From the NCBI GenBank assembly GCA_017522615.1, contig JAFWYR010000023.1:996-64995 (forward strand): a stretch of DNA of 64,000 nucleotides, in the 5' to 3' direction. The notes beneath the pieces were generated by a model. The model ran no database searches, was not told the DNA's origin, and saw nothing but the letters and a program-made list of their open reading frames with translations. The position numbers were made by a program, and so were the translations under genes. The DNA is from Bacilli bacterium. Lineage in GTDB: Bacteria > Bacillota_I > Bacilli_A > RF39 > UBA660. Positions 55,234 to 64,000 of this stretch are shown here, piece by piece. Every line of letters starts with the position of its first letter. The stretch's first letter is position 1.

Positions 55234-55264
55234 ATTGATTGATAAATAAATAAAGATGTTATAA
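55234..55264 (+). promoter_or_regulatory. Extended -10 promoter for the 423-aa gene
   Basis: TGtTATAAT at 55256-55264, with TTGATT/TTGATA -35-like hexamers at 55234-55243 (non-optimal 19/15-nt spacing). Confidence 0.45.
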
Positions 55265-55294
55265 TAAAATAAAAGAGTAAAAGGAGGGCTTCAT

Positions 55295-56566
55295 ATGAAT
55301 CAATGTAGAAAAGAAATAGATTTTTCCTCATTACCATTAATCATTCAAGATATGATTGAAGAAAATGTTCCTTCAGCAGCAATAATAGATGAAATGTTAG
55401 AAACAAAAGGCGAAATGAGTACCATAGGAGCTTTAATAATACTAGATGATATGAATATTAGAGGTGTTCAAATAAGTACACTTTATAAAATATGCCATCA
55501 AAACATCGATGAGTTTTATGAAAAAATAATAACAATAACTCCTGAAGATATAGATAAATTAAATTATGAAACATTCGCGATTTGTAAATATAAAGCAATA
55601 TTCGACGGAAATAAAGAAGAAAGAAAACAAAATCCTGATAAGTATATCTTTACAGATGAAGAACGTACTGATTTAAGAAACAAAAAAAGTAAAGATCATG
55701 TTCAAGAAATATTAAATGACAATCAATCATTAAAAAAAACTAACGATGATTTATACCCAAGTATATCCTCAAAAGAAGCAATTGAAATCATCAACAAAAA
55801 TGGATTTACATGTGGATATAAAAAAAACTATGAAGATATTAATGGAAGAAATATAATATACCGAGTATTCTATAATGATTTAGGAGATATATTATATACC
55901 CATTCATTAGAAGAACCTGATATTTTCTTATATGGACAATCCAAATTAAATGCCGTAAGAATAAATACTGTATCAGATTATGAAGATCTAGGTTGTAATG
56001 CCTACGTAAATGTGGACGGTGTTGTAGGATATAATATCGAATTAAGAGAAAAACCTTTTGAAAAATATCAAAAAATATTAGATAGAAAAGAACCAACTAT
56101 AAAAACTATTAAACACAATTATTATGATAGTAATTTGTATCCGATAATAGAATCTATTGAAGGTATAAACTATAAAACAGAAAATGAAGGTTACGATTCA
56201 TTAGTAATTTCCGAAATATATAGTTTATTAACATTCCCGGAAACATACTATGATTTAGATGACAGATTAAAACAGATATATAGTACTTTATTATCTTTTG
56301 CTGAAGAAAAAGCCTATGATGAGATAATATATCAGTTAAATAGTGATGAGGCAATCGATACTATAATTAATCTTCAAAAAGTATTAGGAATAAGCTTAGA
56401 TAAAGAAAAATTAATAGAAGCCAAAAATAGATTTTTAAGAATCAGTAAAAGTCATTTTAACATACCAAGACCTAGATTTTTAAGTGATTTTATTGTTAAG
56501 GATCCACAAGGTAAAAATTTAGAAGAGAGAATTGAAAAAGTTATGAAGCAAACTGTAGAAAATTAA
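55295..56566 (+). CDS. Hypothetical protein (423 aa)
   Basis: ORF with the strong RBS AAAGGAGGG. No signal peptide and no recognised motif. It is flanked by a bidirectional terminator. Confidence 0.55.
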   Translation: MNQCRKEIDFSSLPLIIQDMIEENVPSAAIIDEMLETKGEMSTIGALIILDDMNIRGVQISTLYKICHQNIDEFYEKIITITPEDIDKLNYETFAICKYKAIFDGNKEERKQNPDKYIFTDEERTDLRNKKSKDHVQEILNDNQSLKKTNDDLYPSISSKEAIEIINKNGFTCGYKKNYEDINGRNIIYRVFYNDLGDILYTHSLEEPDIFLYGQSKLNAVRINTVSDYEDLGCNAYVNVDGVVGYNIELREKPFEKYQKILDRKEPTIKTIKHNYYDSNLYPIIESIEGINYKTENEGYDSLVISEIYSLLTFPETYYDLDDRLKQIYSTLLSFAEEKAYDEIIYQLNSDEAIDTIINLQKVLGISLDKEKLIEAKNRFLRISKSHFNIPRPRFLSDFIVKDPQGKNLEERIEKVMKQTVEN

Positions 56567-56590
56567 AAACCACTGTTATGTGGTTTTTTT
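56565..56590. terminator. Bidirectional terminator between convergent genes
   Basis: AAAAACCAC-tgttat-GTGGTTTTT hairpin with A/T runs on both sides. Confidence 0.75.
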
Positions 56591-57634
56591 ATTTAAAACA
56601 TAAAATGCATAATATTCTTCCAAAGTTAAATCTTCATCAAATATTATTTTAGCCGCTTTTTCTCCAACATACCTATAATGCCATGATTCATATTTATATC
56701 CTGTAACATTCTCTTTATCTTTAGGAAATCTTATAATAAAACCGTATTTATAGGCGTTATCTTTAAGCCATTTAGCTGCATCTGTTCCATCGAAACTATC
56801 ATCTATAGTATTGATATCCGTACATAATCCTGTCTGATGTTCTGAATATCCAGCTCTTGCTGAATAAATATCAGCTTTTTCTTTTCCATCTCTTAAGACA
56901 TAACTATTATATAAATTTACTTGATAGGAATAACTTCTATATGCTGAAGCATTCTTTAAAGTAATTCCATCTAACATAGCTCCATCGACCATCTTCATAA
57001 AAGCTTCCGCTGCTTCTTTTCGCATTGAACTATTTCTTCCACTATTATATTTAGAAGTTAAAGTAACTAAATCATCCGGCTCATATCCATCTGGTAAATG
57101 ATTATATTTATTTACTAAAATCAAGTTATTATCACTTAGTTTAGCTTCATTAGTTTTAGAATAGAAATCTAAATCTGCATCTGCATTAACTATTGAAACT
57201 ATTTTTTTAGAACTGATTTTATTACTATTTCCATAATCTAAATATCTAGCCACATTAGAATTTATATAGTATTTTTCCTTAACTAAACTAGCAAGTAAGC
57301 TAGAAGCAGGATAATCCATCAAATCATAACCACTATTCACGATAGTAACAATATCAGAAATCTTAGAGTTACTATTTTTTTCATAATATTTTATATACTC
57401 TTTAAATTTATTTTTCTTATAATCTTTAGACGATATTAAATCTATTAAAGAATCATCATATTTCTTATAAAAGTAATTATAATCATCTTTTGAAACCATT
57501 TTAACTATTTTGTTAATTTCTTTTTCACTATATCCAGCCTTCGAAAAATTATTTTTTCTATTAAATATAATAAAACATAAAACAATTAAAATTACTATAA
57601 TAATTATTATTAACCATTTTTTAATCTTTTTCAT
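56576..57634 (-). CDS. Membrane-anchored D-alanyl-D-alanine carboxypeptidase (VanY/LdcB, peptidase M15B)
   Basis: N-terminal TM anchor. LVNKYNHLPDGYEPDDLV, SAYRSYSYQ, SEHQTGLCTDI and ESWHYRYVG are the Zn ligands and catalytic motifs of VanY-type enzymes. Confidence 0.8.
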   Translation of the reverse strand: MKKIKKWLIIIIIVILIVLCFIIFNRKNNFSKAGYSEKEINKIVKMVSKDDYNYFYKKYDDSLIDLISSKDYKKNKFKEYIKYYEKNSNSKISDIVTIVNSGYDLMDYPASSLLASLVKEKYYINSNVARYLDYGNSNKISSKKIVSIVNADADLDFYSKTNEAKLSDNNLILVNKYNHLPDGYEPDDLVTLTSKYNSGRNSSMRKEAAEAFMKMVDGAMLDGITLKNASAYRSYSYQVNLYNSYVLRDGKEKADIYSARAGYSEHQTGLCTDINTIDDSFDGTDAAKWLKDNAYKYGFIIRFPKDKENVTGYKYESWHYRYVGEKAAKIIFDEDLTLEEYYAFYVLNKKTT

Positions 57635-57642
57635 ATCAAAAC

Positions 57643-58587
57643 CTACTTATCTAAATAATATGCATAATACTCGTCAAAAGTTAAACCACTTTCATAAACT
57701 TTTTTAGCAAGTTCTTTTCCAAGAAAGCGGTAGTGCCATGCCTCATAAGAATATCCTGTAATGCCTTCCTTATCCTTAGGATATCTTAAAATAAATCCAT
57801 ATTTATAACTATTATCTTGAAGCCATTTAAAAGCTTCAGAATTTTCAAACGTTTTCATACCATAACCCGGCGAAAAAATATCTAGTGCAAGGCCGGTTTG
57901 ATGTTCCGAATAGTTAGGCCTAGCTGCATACTTGTCCGCATATTCCTCTCCGTTTTTATCTCGGTAATCATCGTATATTTCTTTTTGTTCATCGTAAGAC
58001 CTATATGAAGAATTAACTATTATAGTATGACCATCACTTTTAGCCGCTTTACTCATCTCTTTAAAAGCCTCATAAACATCTTTTCTAATACTATTGTTTG
58101 GATATGCATAAGCGCTATTCATTTGTTCTATATCATCTGGAGCATATTTATCTGGCAAACTATAATATTTATTTACTAAAATTCCAAATCCTAAATCCAT
58201 ATTTGTCTCACTAGTATGAGTATATGCATCATAAACAGTTTTTGTGTTCACCCTAGTAATAACATCATTATAATCGATTTTAGTACCTTTATATTCCTTA
58301 GTCATATATCTCTTATAATTATCGTAATTTTTCCAAATAAAATATTTCTGAGAAGTAAGTGTAATTAAATATCTGTCATACTTATTTTTTAAAGCATAAT
58401 CTATACTTTTTTGATCCAAATTTTTAATCTTTAATATCTCTTCTTCACTATAACCTATTTGAGTTAATTTATATTCTAAACTATTATAATGCTTATATAA
58501 AGCAATCCCAATAAAAATAATTATAAATCCCACTACTATAGAAGTTAAAATAATAATAGGACCTTTTTTAATTCTACGTTTCTTCAT
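57643..58587 (-). CDS. Membrane-anchored D-alanyl-D-alanine carboxypeptidase (VanY/LdcB family), second tandem copy
   Basis: LVNKYYSLPDKYAPDD, SSYRSYDEQ, SEHQTGLALDI and EAWHYRFLG motifs, with an N-terminal TM anchor. Confidence 0.8.
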   Translation of the reverse strand: MKKRRIKKGPIIILTSIVVGFIIIFIGIALYKHYNSLEYKLTQIGYSEEEILKIKNLDQKSIDYALKNKYDRYLITLTSQKYFIWKNYDNYKRYMTKEYKGTKIDYNDVITRVNTKTVYDAYTHTSETNMDLGFGILVNKYYSLPDKYAPDDIEQMNSAYAYPNNSIRKDVYEAFKEMSKAAKSDGHTIIVNSSYRSYDEQKEIYDDYRDKNGEEYADKYAARPNYSEHQTGLALDIFSPGYGMKTFENSEAFKWLQDNSYKYGFILRYPKDKEGITGYSYEAWHYRFLGKELAKKVYESGLTFDEYYAYYLDK

Positions 58588-58615
58588 TTTTCACCTTCTT
58601 ACCACATTATAGCAC

Positions 58616-58857
58616 ATCTTTACACATTGTCGATAATTATCAGTCTTTGGAGAAAAATACATTAAATATAATTAAAATAATGCAATAATAGAGAAAGTCA
58701 TAATGTACAAATTAAAAAAATATAAATAATTTTCCAATCTTTACATATTGTCGAAAAAATAGCAATCTTTGTAGAATATTACTTAAATATATCAAAATAT
58801 TAAAAATTTCAAATAGACTTGTACAAACTAAAAATAAATGTTACAATGATACTGTAC
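58616..58857. repeat. Degenerate tandem duplication (period ~121 bp) in the vanY-ruvX intergenic region
   Basis: Unit 1 starts ATCTTTACACATTGTCGATAATTATCAG... (58616). Unit 2 starts ATCTTTACATATTGTCGAAAAAATAGCA... (58737). Both continue through ...CTTTG(G/T)AGAA...AAATATA...TGTACAAA(T/C)TAAAAA. Confidence 0.7.
58819..58847 (+). promoter_or_regulatory. Promoter of the ruvX operon
   Basis: TTGTAC (58819-58824), a 17-nt spacer, then TACAAT (58842-58847) with an extended -10 TG (TGtTACAAT). Confidence 0.55.
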
Positions 58858-58876
58858 ATAAATAGAGGGTGGTTAC

Positions 58877-59305
58877 GTGAAATATTTAGGACTTGATTTA
58901 GGAACTAGAACCCTGGGAGTATCGATATCAGATATAACCAAAACTGTCGCAACCACTTATGGCACGATAAACTTCCAAGAAAAGGATTATGAAAAAGCAA
59001 TAGAAGAGCTAGCCACTATTATGGAAAAAGAACCTATTGAGAAAATCGTTCTTGGTTATCCAAAAAACATGAATGGTACAATAGGACCCAGAGCTTTAGA
59101 AACAGAAGAATTTAAAAAAATGCTTGAAGAAAAATTTCAAATTGAAGTATATCTTCAAGATGAGAGGCTTTCAACAAAAGAAGCTACTGGGTATATGATA
59201 AAAGCAGATATGTCTAGGAAAAAGAGAAAAAAGAAAATAGACAGTTTAGCTGCCAATATTATTTTACAAACATATTTAGACAAGAGAAAGGGTGAAAAAA
59301 TATGA
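58877..59305 (+). CDS. ruvX: Holliday junction resolvase-like putative pre-16S rRNA nuclease RuvX/YqgF
   Basis: MKYLGLDLGTRTLGVSISD and GYPKNMNGTIGPRA...DERLST motifs. GTG start after AGAGGGTGG. Confidence 0.85.
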   Translation: MKYLGLDLGTRTLGVSISDITKTVATTYGTINFQEKDYEKAIEELATIMEKEPIEKIVLGYPKNMNGTIGPRALETEEFKKMLEEKFQIEVYLQDERLSTKEATGYMIKADMSRKKRKKKIDSLAANIILQTYLDKRKGEKI

Positions 59306-59649
59306 ACGAGAATGGTAACGTTGTAAAATTTAAAGCTATTGATGATGAGGGAAGACAATTAGATTGTGAAGCACTTTTCTTATTTGAATCGCCAGAAACA
59401 AAAAAACACTATATAGTATATACTGATCATTCAATCGATGATGAAGGAAATACTAAAGTTTATGCATCTATATATGAACCAGGCGATTTAAAATCTGATG
59501 AAAATAATGAATTTGCTGCACTACCACTTAAACCAATTGAAACTGAAAAAGAGTGGAAAATAATTGAAACAATCCTTAACGAAATGCAAGCCCAAATGGA
59601 ATCTGACAGTGGATCTAACGGAACTGCCGGTAGCGATAATAACGAGTAG
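59302..59649 (+). CDS. DUF1292 (YrzB-like) protein
   Basis: Position after ruvX as in Bacillus. DDEGRQLDCEALFLFESPETKKHYIVYTD fits the DUF1292 pattern. Confidence 0.7.
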   Translation: MNENGNVVKFKAIDDEGRQLDCEALFLFESPETKKHYIVYTDHSIDDEGNTKVYASIYEPGDLKSDENNEFAALPLKPIETEKEWKIIETILNEMQAQMESDSGSNGTAGSDNNE

Positions 59650-59658
59650 GTCTTTACT

Positions 59659-60741
59659 TTGAAAACAGTTCGTAGATTTTCATGGAGTAAGTTCTTACTC
59701 TTTTTGTTAATACTTATAATTCTTCTATTTCTAATATTAGTCGGAGTATATAAACTTGAAACAGGACCTGTAAGTTCTAACACAGATCCAAAATTAGTAA
59801 CTATTGAAAAAGGTGACAATTTTTTCAATATTTCTAAAAAGCTTAAGAAACAAAATCTTATTAAATCTGAAACATTCTATAAATTGTATATAAAATTCGC
59901 TAAACCATCAGGACTTACAGTTGGCGATTTTGAATTAAATGAAGCAATGAGTACCCAAGAAGTAGTAAAAGTATTAAGTAATAAAAACAATCAAAAAATT
60001 GATGAGGTAAAACTCACTTTTAGAGAAGGGCTAAACATTCCAGCAGTTGCAAAAATAGTCGAAGAAAAGACGGAAATTTCTTCAAATGATTTTATTGACA
60101 AAATAACAGATATAGAATTTATTAAATCTTTGCAAAAAGATTATTGGTTCTTAACCGATAGTATATTTGATGAAAGAATATATTATCCATTAGAAGGATA
60201 TCTATTTCCAGACACATACCATTTTGAAAGAAAAAAAATGGATGCTGAAACAATTATTAAAAAAATGTTAGATAACACAGCTGAAAAATTAGAAACTTAT
60301 AAATCTCAAATTGAAAGTAATAAATATAATATTCATGAGTTATTAACTGTAGCTTCACTTGTCGAACAAGAAGCTGTAACCAAAGAAGACAGAGCATTAG
60401 TAGCTGGGGTATTCTATAATAGGTTAAATAGTAATATGTCATTAGGTAGTGATGTAACTACTTATTATGCTGCTAAGAAAACATTAAAAGACACGCTAAC
60501 TAAAGAAGAGTTAGATGACTGTAATGGATATAACACAAGATGCGTGACAATGAAAGGACTACCAGTAGGACCTATTTCTAACGTATCCATTACATCTGTC
60601 GAAGCTGCCATTACACCAACGAACAACGATTATTATTATTTTGTTGCAGATACTGATAGAAAAGTATATTTTAACAAGACATTAAGTGAACATAATCAAA
60701 CTATTTCAAAATTGAAAAGTGAAGGAAAATGGGCAGCATAA
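59659..60741 (+). CDS. mltG: Endolytic murein transglycosylase MltG (YceG)
   Basis: N-terminal TM anchor. LEGYLFPDTY, ASLVEQEA and GLPVGPISN motifs. Confidence 0.9.
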   Translation: MKTVRRFSWSKFLLFLLILIILLFLILVGVYKLETGPVSSNTDPKLVTIEKGDNFFNISKKLKKQNLIKSETFYKLYIKFAKPSGLTVGDFELNEAMSTQEVVKVLSNKNNQKIDEVKLTFREGLNIPAVAKIVEEKTEISSNDFIDKITDIEFIKSLQKDYWFLTDSIFDERIYYPLEGYLFPDTYHFERKKMDAETIIKKMLDNTAEKLETYKSQIESNKYNIHELLTVASLVEQEAVTKEDRALVAGVFYNRLNSNMSLGSDVTTYYAAKKTLKDTLTKEELDDCNGYNTRCVTMKGLPVGPISNVSITSVEAAITPTNNDYYYFVADTDRKVYFNKTLSEHNQTISKLKSEGKWAA

Positions 60742-61319
60742 AAGATCTAAAAGAATATGCTAAAAATAATAATATCCCTATAATGCAAGAAGATGGAATT
60801 GAATTCTTAGAAAAGTATATTAAAGAAAACAACATTAAATCTATTTTAGAAATAGGTTCAGCCATAGGATATTCGGCAATTAGAATGGCAAAAGTGGATA
60901 AAAATATAAAAATAACCACAGTTGAAAGAGATGAAAACAGATATAATGAAGCAGTAAAAAACATAGAACTATTTAAACTAAATAATCAAATTGACATCAT
61001 TTTAAAAGATGCCTTAGAAATAGAAATAAAAGATAAATTCGATTTGATATTTATCGATGCTGCTAAAGCTCAAAGTATAAAATTCTTTGAAAAATTTCAA
61101 GAAAATTTAAATGAAAATGGTACAATCATTACCGATAATTTAAATTTTCATGGGTTAACAAAAAATCCAGATAATATAGAAAGTAAAAATCTAAGAGCTT
61201 TAGTAAAAAAAATTAACAGATACAGAGAATATCTAAAACAAAATGAAAATTTTAAAACAGAATTTATAGAAACCGGAGACGGAATATCTATAAGTAAAAG
61301 AATAAAGGGGAATGTATGA
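60729..61319 (+). CDS. SAM-dependent O-methyltransferase (YrrM/TrmR-like)
   Basis: ILEIGSAIGYSAIRMA (SAM motif I) and LIFIDAAK. It sits after mltG, as yrrM does in Bacillus. Confidence 0.75.
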   Translation: MGSIKDLKEYAKNNNIPIMQEDGIEFLEKYIKENNIKSILEIGSAIGYSAIRMAKVDKNIKITTVERDENRYNEAVKNIELFKLNNQIDIILKDALEIEIKDKFDLIFIDAAKAQSIKFFEKFQENLNENGTIITDNLNFHGLTKNPDNIESKNLRALVKKINRYREYLKQNENFKTEFIETGDGISISKRIKGNV

Positions 61320-62104
61320 TGGATCATAAAAAAATGAGGGAAAAAGCCCTCGCAAAACTAAAAAACAACTATGTGATTATAATTATTGCTCTATTAATAT
61401 ATAACTTAATAGAGGCACTATTTAATGGAACTTCGAAATTAATATATAATGAAAACATGAACATATTATTTAATATTTTAATAACTGGACTATTATATGA
61501 GGGATTACTTCAAATAGTTATTAAAACAGCGAGAGGTCGAAAAACCGATATTATGGACCTATTTAATAGAACAGATTTATTTTGGAAATCATCAGCTATT
61601 ACAGTTATTTTAACTGCATTGACTGTTGTATGTGGAATACTAGAATATATCGCAGGAAGTACCTTATATGTATTTACTACATATCAAGCTGATATAAATG
61701 TTCTTTTAACATCGTTCATGATATTAGCTGGTATAATTCTATGTACAGCTATCGCTTCATTGTATTTTCTATTAATGCTATCTTTTTCACAAGTATATTA
61801 TATTTTATATGACAATGAAAAAATGCCAGTAATAGACATTTTTGAAAAGAGTATGGATATTACCGATGAAAAGAAAACTGATATCGTTATATTTAATTTA
61901 CCATTCATTTTATGGTCACTAGCTGGAATTATAGTATATACAGTTGCTTTCAACATGAATATGCCTGGATGGGGTATACTAGGACTAGTTATATTAGCAA
62001 TTATTATATTCCTTATTATACCTTATATGTTAGTTGCTAATGTAAATCTATATGATGAATTAAAGAAAAAAACAATTTCCAAAAAAACAAAAAAGACTAA
62101 ATAA
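61316..62104 (+). CDS. DUF975-like integral membrane protein
   Basis: The N-terminus MREKALAKLKNNYVIIIIALLIY plus multiple TM helices fit the DUF975 pattern. Confidence 0.5.
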   Translation: MMDHKKMREKALAKLKNNYVIIIIALLIYNLIEALFNGTSKLIYNENMNILFNILITGLLYEGLLQIVIKTARGRKTDIMDLFNRTDLFWKSSAITVILTALTVVCGILEYIAGSTLYVFTTYQADINVLLTSFMILAGIILCTAIASLYFLLMLSFSQVYYILYDNEKMPVIDIFEKSMDITDEKKTDIVIFNLPFILWSLAGIIVYTVAFNMNMPGWGILGLVILAIIIFLIIPYMLVANVNLYDELKKKTISKKTKKTK

Positions 62105-62116
62105 GTCTTTTTTTTA
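62091..62116. terminator. Bidirectional terminator between convergent genes
   Basis: AAAAGACT-aaata-AGTCTTTT hairpin flanked by A-run and T-run. Confidence 0.7.
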
Positions 62117-62632
62117 CTTTCTTCCTATTTTTTTAGGACTGTGATAGTTAACTTCATTATCAGAAGATAATACATTATTTTCTTCAATTAAAGCTTGTGA
62201 CAATGCAACTAAATCTTCTTTAGAAGCTTCTTCGATTAAATTATCATCAATATCACTAAAATCTTTAGACTCGATTGCTTGATTAATAATTTCTTTTTTA
62301 CTTAATTGTAATTCTAAATTTAAATCAAATCTTTCAACATCCAAATCGTGTAATTGAGAATAATACTTATTGGTTCTATTGTTACTCATTACACTTAAAG
62401 TTCCAGCACCAACCATTGCAACTATTGAAGGTGTACAAGCTAAAACAAGACTAGACCCGTCTAGAACATTGCTAACACCTGAAAAAATAGCTAAAGAAGC
62501 AAGTCCTAATGCAAAAGTACCAAGTGTAAATTTTGAAGTAGTTTTATTTGATCTTTCACATTTTACCTTAGTTAATAAAGTATTTTTATAATTTTGATTG
62601 ATAAGTTCTTCAATCTCTTCGATATTTCTCAT
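62114..62632 (-). CDS. Hypothetical membrane protein (two central TM helices)
   Basis: 172-aa ORF with the RBS GGGGGGAAA. It has the hydrophobic segments LGTFALGLASLAIFSGV and LVLACTPSIVAMVGAGTL. Confidence 0.4.
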   Translation of the reverse strand: MRNIEEIEELINQNYKNTLLTKVKCERSNKTTSKFTLGTFALGLASLAIFSGVSNVLDGSSLVLACTPSIVAMVGAGTLSVMSNNRTNKYYSQLHDLDVERFDLNLELQLSKKEIINQAIESKDFSDIDDNLIEEASKEDLVALSQALIEENNVLSSDNEVNYHSPKKIGRK

Positions 62633-62737
62633 ATATTTCCCCCCCTTTGCGAAAAAATATTATAACACATTTTGATAAAAATTCCAAACTTTAAAAAAAA
62701 TCAATATTGTGATAAAATGGATAAACGGAGGAAAACT

Positions 62738-63508
62738 ATGGGAAAAAGAGGATTAATAATAAGCGATATTAATACTGGTAAAGAGGTAAAAGACCTTGTA
62801 GATGCATATCTCATACCACTAAAAGATTTTAGTATTAACTATCCAAGTGTATTTTCGTTAGAAGATATTATAGAAATAAAAAAAACAAATAAAGAAGTAT
62901 ATATTTTTATCAACAAAAATATTCATGAAAAAGAAATTACTAAATTAAAAGAAATATTACTAGAAATAGAAAAGATAAAGATAAATGGAATTATTTTCTA
63001 TGATATAGCCCTAGTAGAGTTAAAAAAAGAATTAAATCTAAAAACAGAACTAATATGGAATCAGGAACACCTAGCTAACAGTTATGGTACAGTTAACTAT
63101 TGGTATGATAAAGGAGTAAAATCTTCATATCTTTCGTCAGAACTTACAAAAAGAGAAATAGAAGAAATAAGAGAAAATACTAAAGCTAAGTTATTTGTAA
63201 ATGTTTTTGGATATATACCAATGTTTACATCGAGAAGACATCTTGTAGATAATTACCAAAGTACATTTTCTATTAAAGAAAAAGGAAATAAAATATATAA
63301 AGAAGGAAAAACATACAATATATTTGATACTAAACATGGAACAACAGTATATTCAAATTACATATTAAATATAAAAGAAAATATAAATGCAGATTATCTA
63401 ATATATAACAGTAACTTAATACCTAATATAAAAGATATACTAAAAGATAACAATATGAAAGAGGAAAATGGTTTCTTATATCAAGAGACTATATATAAGG
63501 TGAAATAA
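62738..63508 (+). CDS. Peptidase U32-family protein (YrrN-like)
   Basis: ATG 62738 follows ACGGAGGAA. The TIM-barrel-like pattern and its position directly upstream of a canonical U32 gene match yrrN-yrrO in Bacillus. The call is by context and weak similarity. Confidence 0.55.
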   Translation: MGKRGLIISDINTGKEVKDLVDAYLIPLKDFSINYPSVFSLEDIIEIKKTNKEVYIFINKNIHEKEITKLKEILLEIEKIKINGIIFYDIALVELKKELNLKTELIWNQEHLANSYGTVNYWYDKGVKSSYLSSELTKREIEEIRENTKAKLFVNVFGYIPMFTSRRHLVDNYQSTFSIKEKGNKIYKEGKTYNIFDTKHGTTVYSNYILNIKENINADYLIYNSNLIPNIKDILKDNNMKEENGFLYQETIYKVK

Positions 63509-63509
63509 C

Positions 63510-64000
63510 ATGAAAAAACCAGAATTATTAGCTCCTGCCGGAGATTTAGAAAGACTTAAAATAGCTTTAATGTATGGAGCTGACGCTGTATATATTGGAG
63601 GACATTTTAACTTACGAGCAAACACTCCAAATTTCAGCATAGAAGAAATTGAAGAAGGAGTAAAATTTGCCCATAAATTAAATAAAAAGGTATATGTTAC
63701 TGTAAATATTGCCATGCACAATAAAGAGTTTAAAAAGATAACTCCATACTTAAAAGACTTAAAAAGAATTAATGTAGACGCTATTATTGTAAGTGATCCA
63801 GCAATTATCAAAATAGCTAGAGAGATAAATCTTACAGTTCACCTATCAACTCAAGGTTCAACAACAAATAGTAAAGCAGTAAAATATTGGGAAAATGAGG
63901 GCGTAGAGAGAATTGTTTTAGCTAGAGAATGTACTAAAGATGATATAAAAAACATAAAAGAAAAAAACGATATAGAACTTGAAATATTTATCCATGGAGC
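63510..64000 (+). CDS. Peptidase U32-family protein (YrrO-like), 5' portion (runs off window)
   Basis: MKKPELLAPAGDLERLKIALMYGADAVYIGG is the canonical U32 N-terminus. The frame is open to the window end. Confidence 0.8.
   Translation, partial: MKKPELLAPAGDLERLKIALMYGADAVYIGGHFNLRANTPNFSIEEIEEGVKFAHKLNKKVYVTVNIAMHNKEFKKITPYLKDLKRINVDAIIVSDPAIIKIAREINLTVHLSTQGSTTNSKAVKYWENEGVERIVLARECTKDDIKNIKEKNDIELEIFIHG

Noticed and set aside
1-64000. Window-wide checks for CRISPR arrays, IS elements or transposases, prophage modules, rRNA genes and an alternative genetic code (TGA as Trp).
   Set aside because: I saw no regularly spaced direct repeats and no transposase, integrase or terminal-inverted-repeat signatures. 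Conserved proteins read through intact with TGG for Trp, and TGA is used as a stop (for example at the recU end), so the standard code 11 applies.

Overview
This is a very AT-rich chromosomal segment that uses the standard genetic code (TGA ends recU; Trp is TGG). It comes from a spore-forming low-GC Firmicute. The gene order is Bacilli/Erysipelotrichia-like: engB...der...spoIVA-hup-cca, dnaD-nth, recU-ponA, ruvX-DUF1292-mltG-O-methyltransferase...U32-U32. I call about 78 protein genes and 3 tRNAs (Arg-ACG, Pro-UGG, Ala-UGC). I saw no rRNA, CRISPR array, transposase, integrase or prophage module.

Most of the window is housekeeping:
- NAD salvage (pnuC/nrtR), cdd, a cysteine desulfurase, class I aldolase and folD.
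- A zur-znuABC cluster.
- An acyltransferase/acyl-CoA ligase lipid operon.
- Sporulation genes (spoIVA, CotF-like, SpoVIF-like).
- Cell-wall enzymes (PBP1A, two VanY-type carboxypeptidases, MltG).

Parts that housekeeping does not explain:
1. A two-gene cassette (343-1598) between pnuC and nrtR. It encodes a 116-aa protein with a Cys/Ser/Gly-rich tail, translationally coupled to a compact radical SAM enzyme.
2. A roughly 6-kb lineage-specific block (50.4-56.6 kb). It encodes a 1455-aa cytoplasmic protein with two families of internal repeats and a C-terminal region carrying protein-kinase-like catalytic motifs, then a coupled 54-codon ORF and an orphan 423-aa protein.
3. A Zn-macrodomain/class-M-like sirtuin pair lacking the usual GcvH-L/LplA2 partners. 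It is instead translationally coupled to a DEDDh exonuclease and ExoIII.
4. A decayed copy of the spoIVA promoter and 5' end, 2 kb upstream of the intact gene, bracketing a lipoprotein gene.
5. A stand-alone C-terminal [FeFe]-hydrogenase module next to a GltD-like oxidoreductase.
6. Two paralogous cytoplasmic HExxH...NEG/QEG gluzincin-like proteins.
7. A bacterial Tam41-type protein.

All functional calls are from motif recognition by eye. No database search was run.
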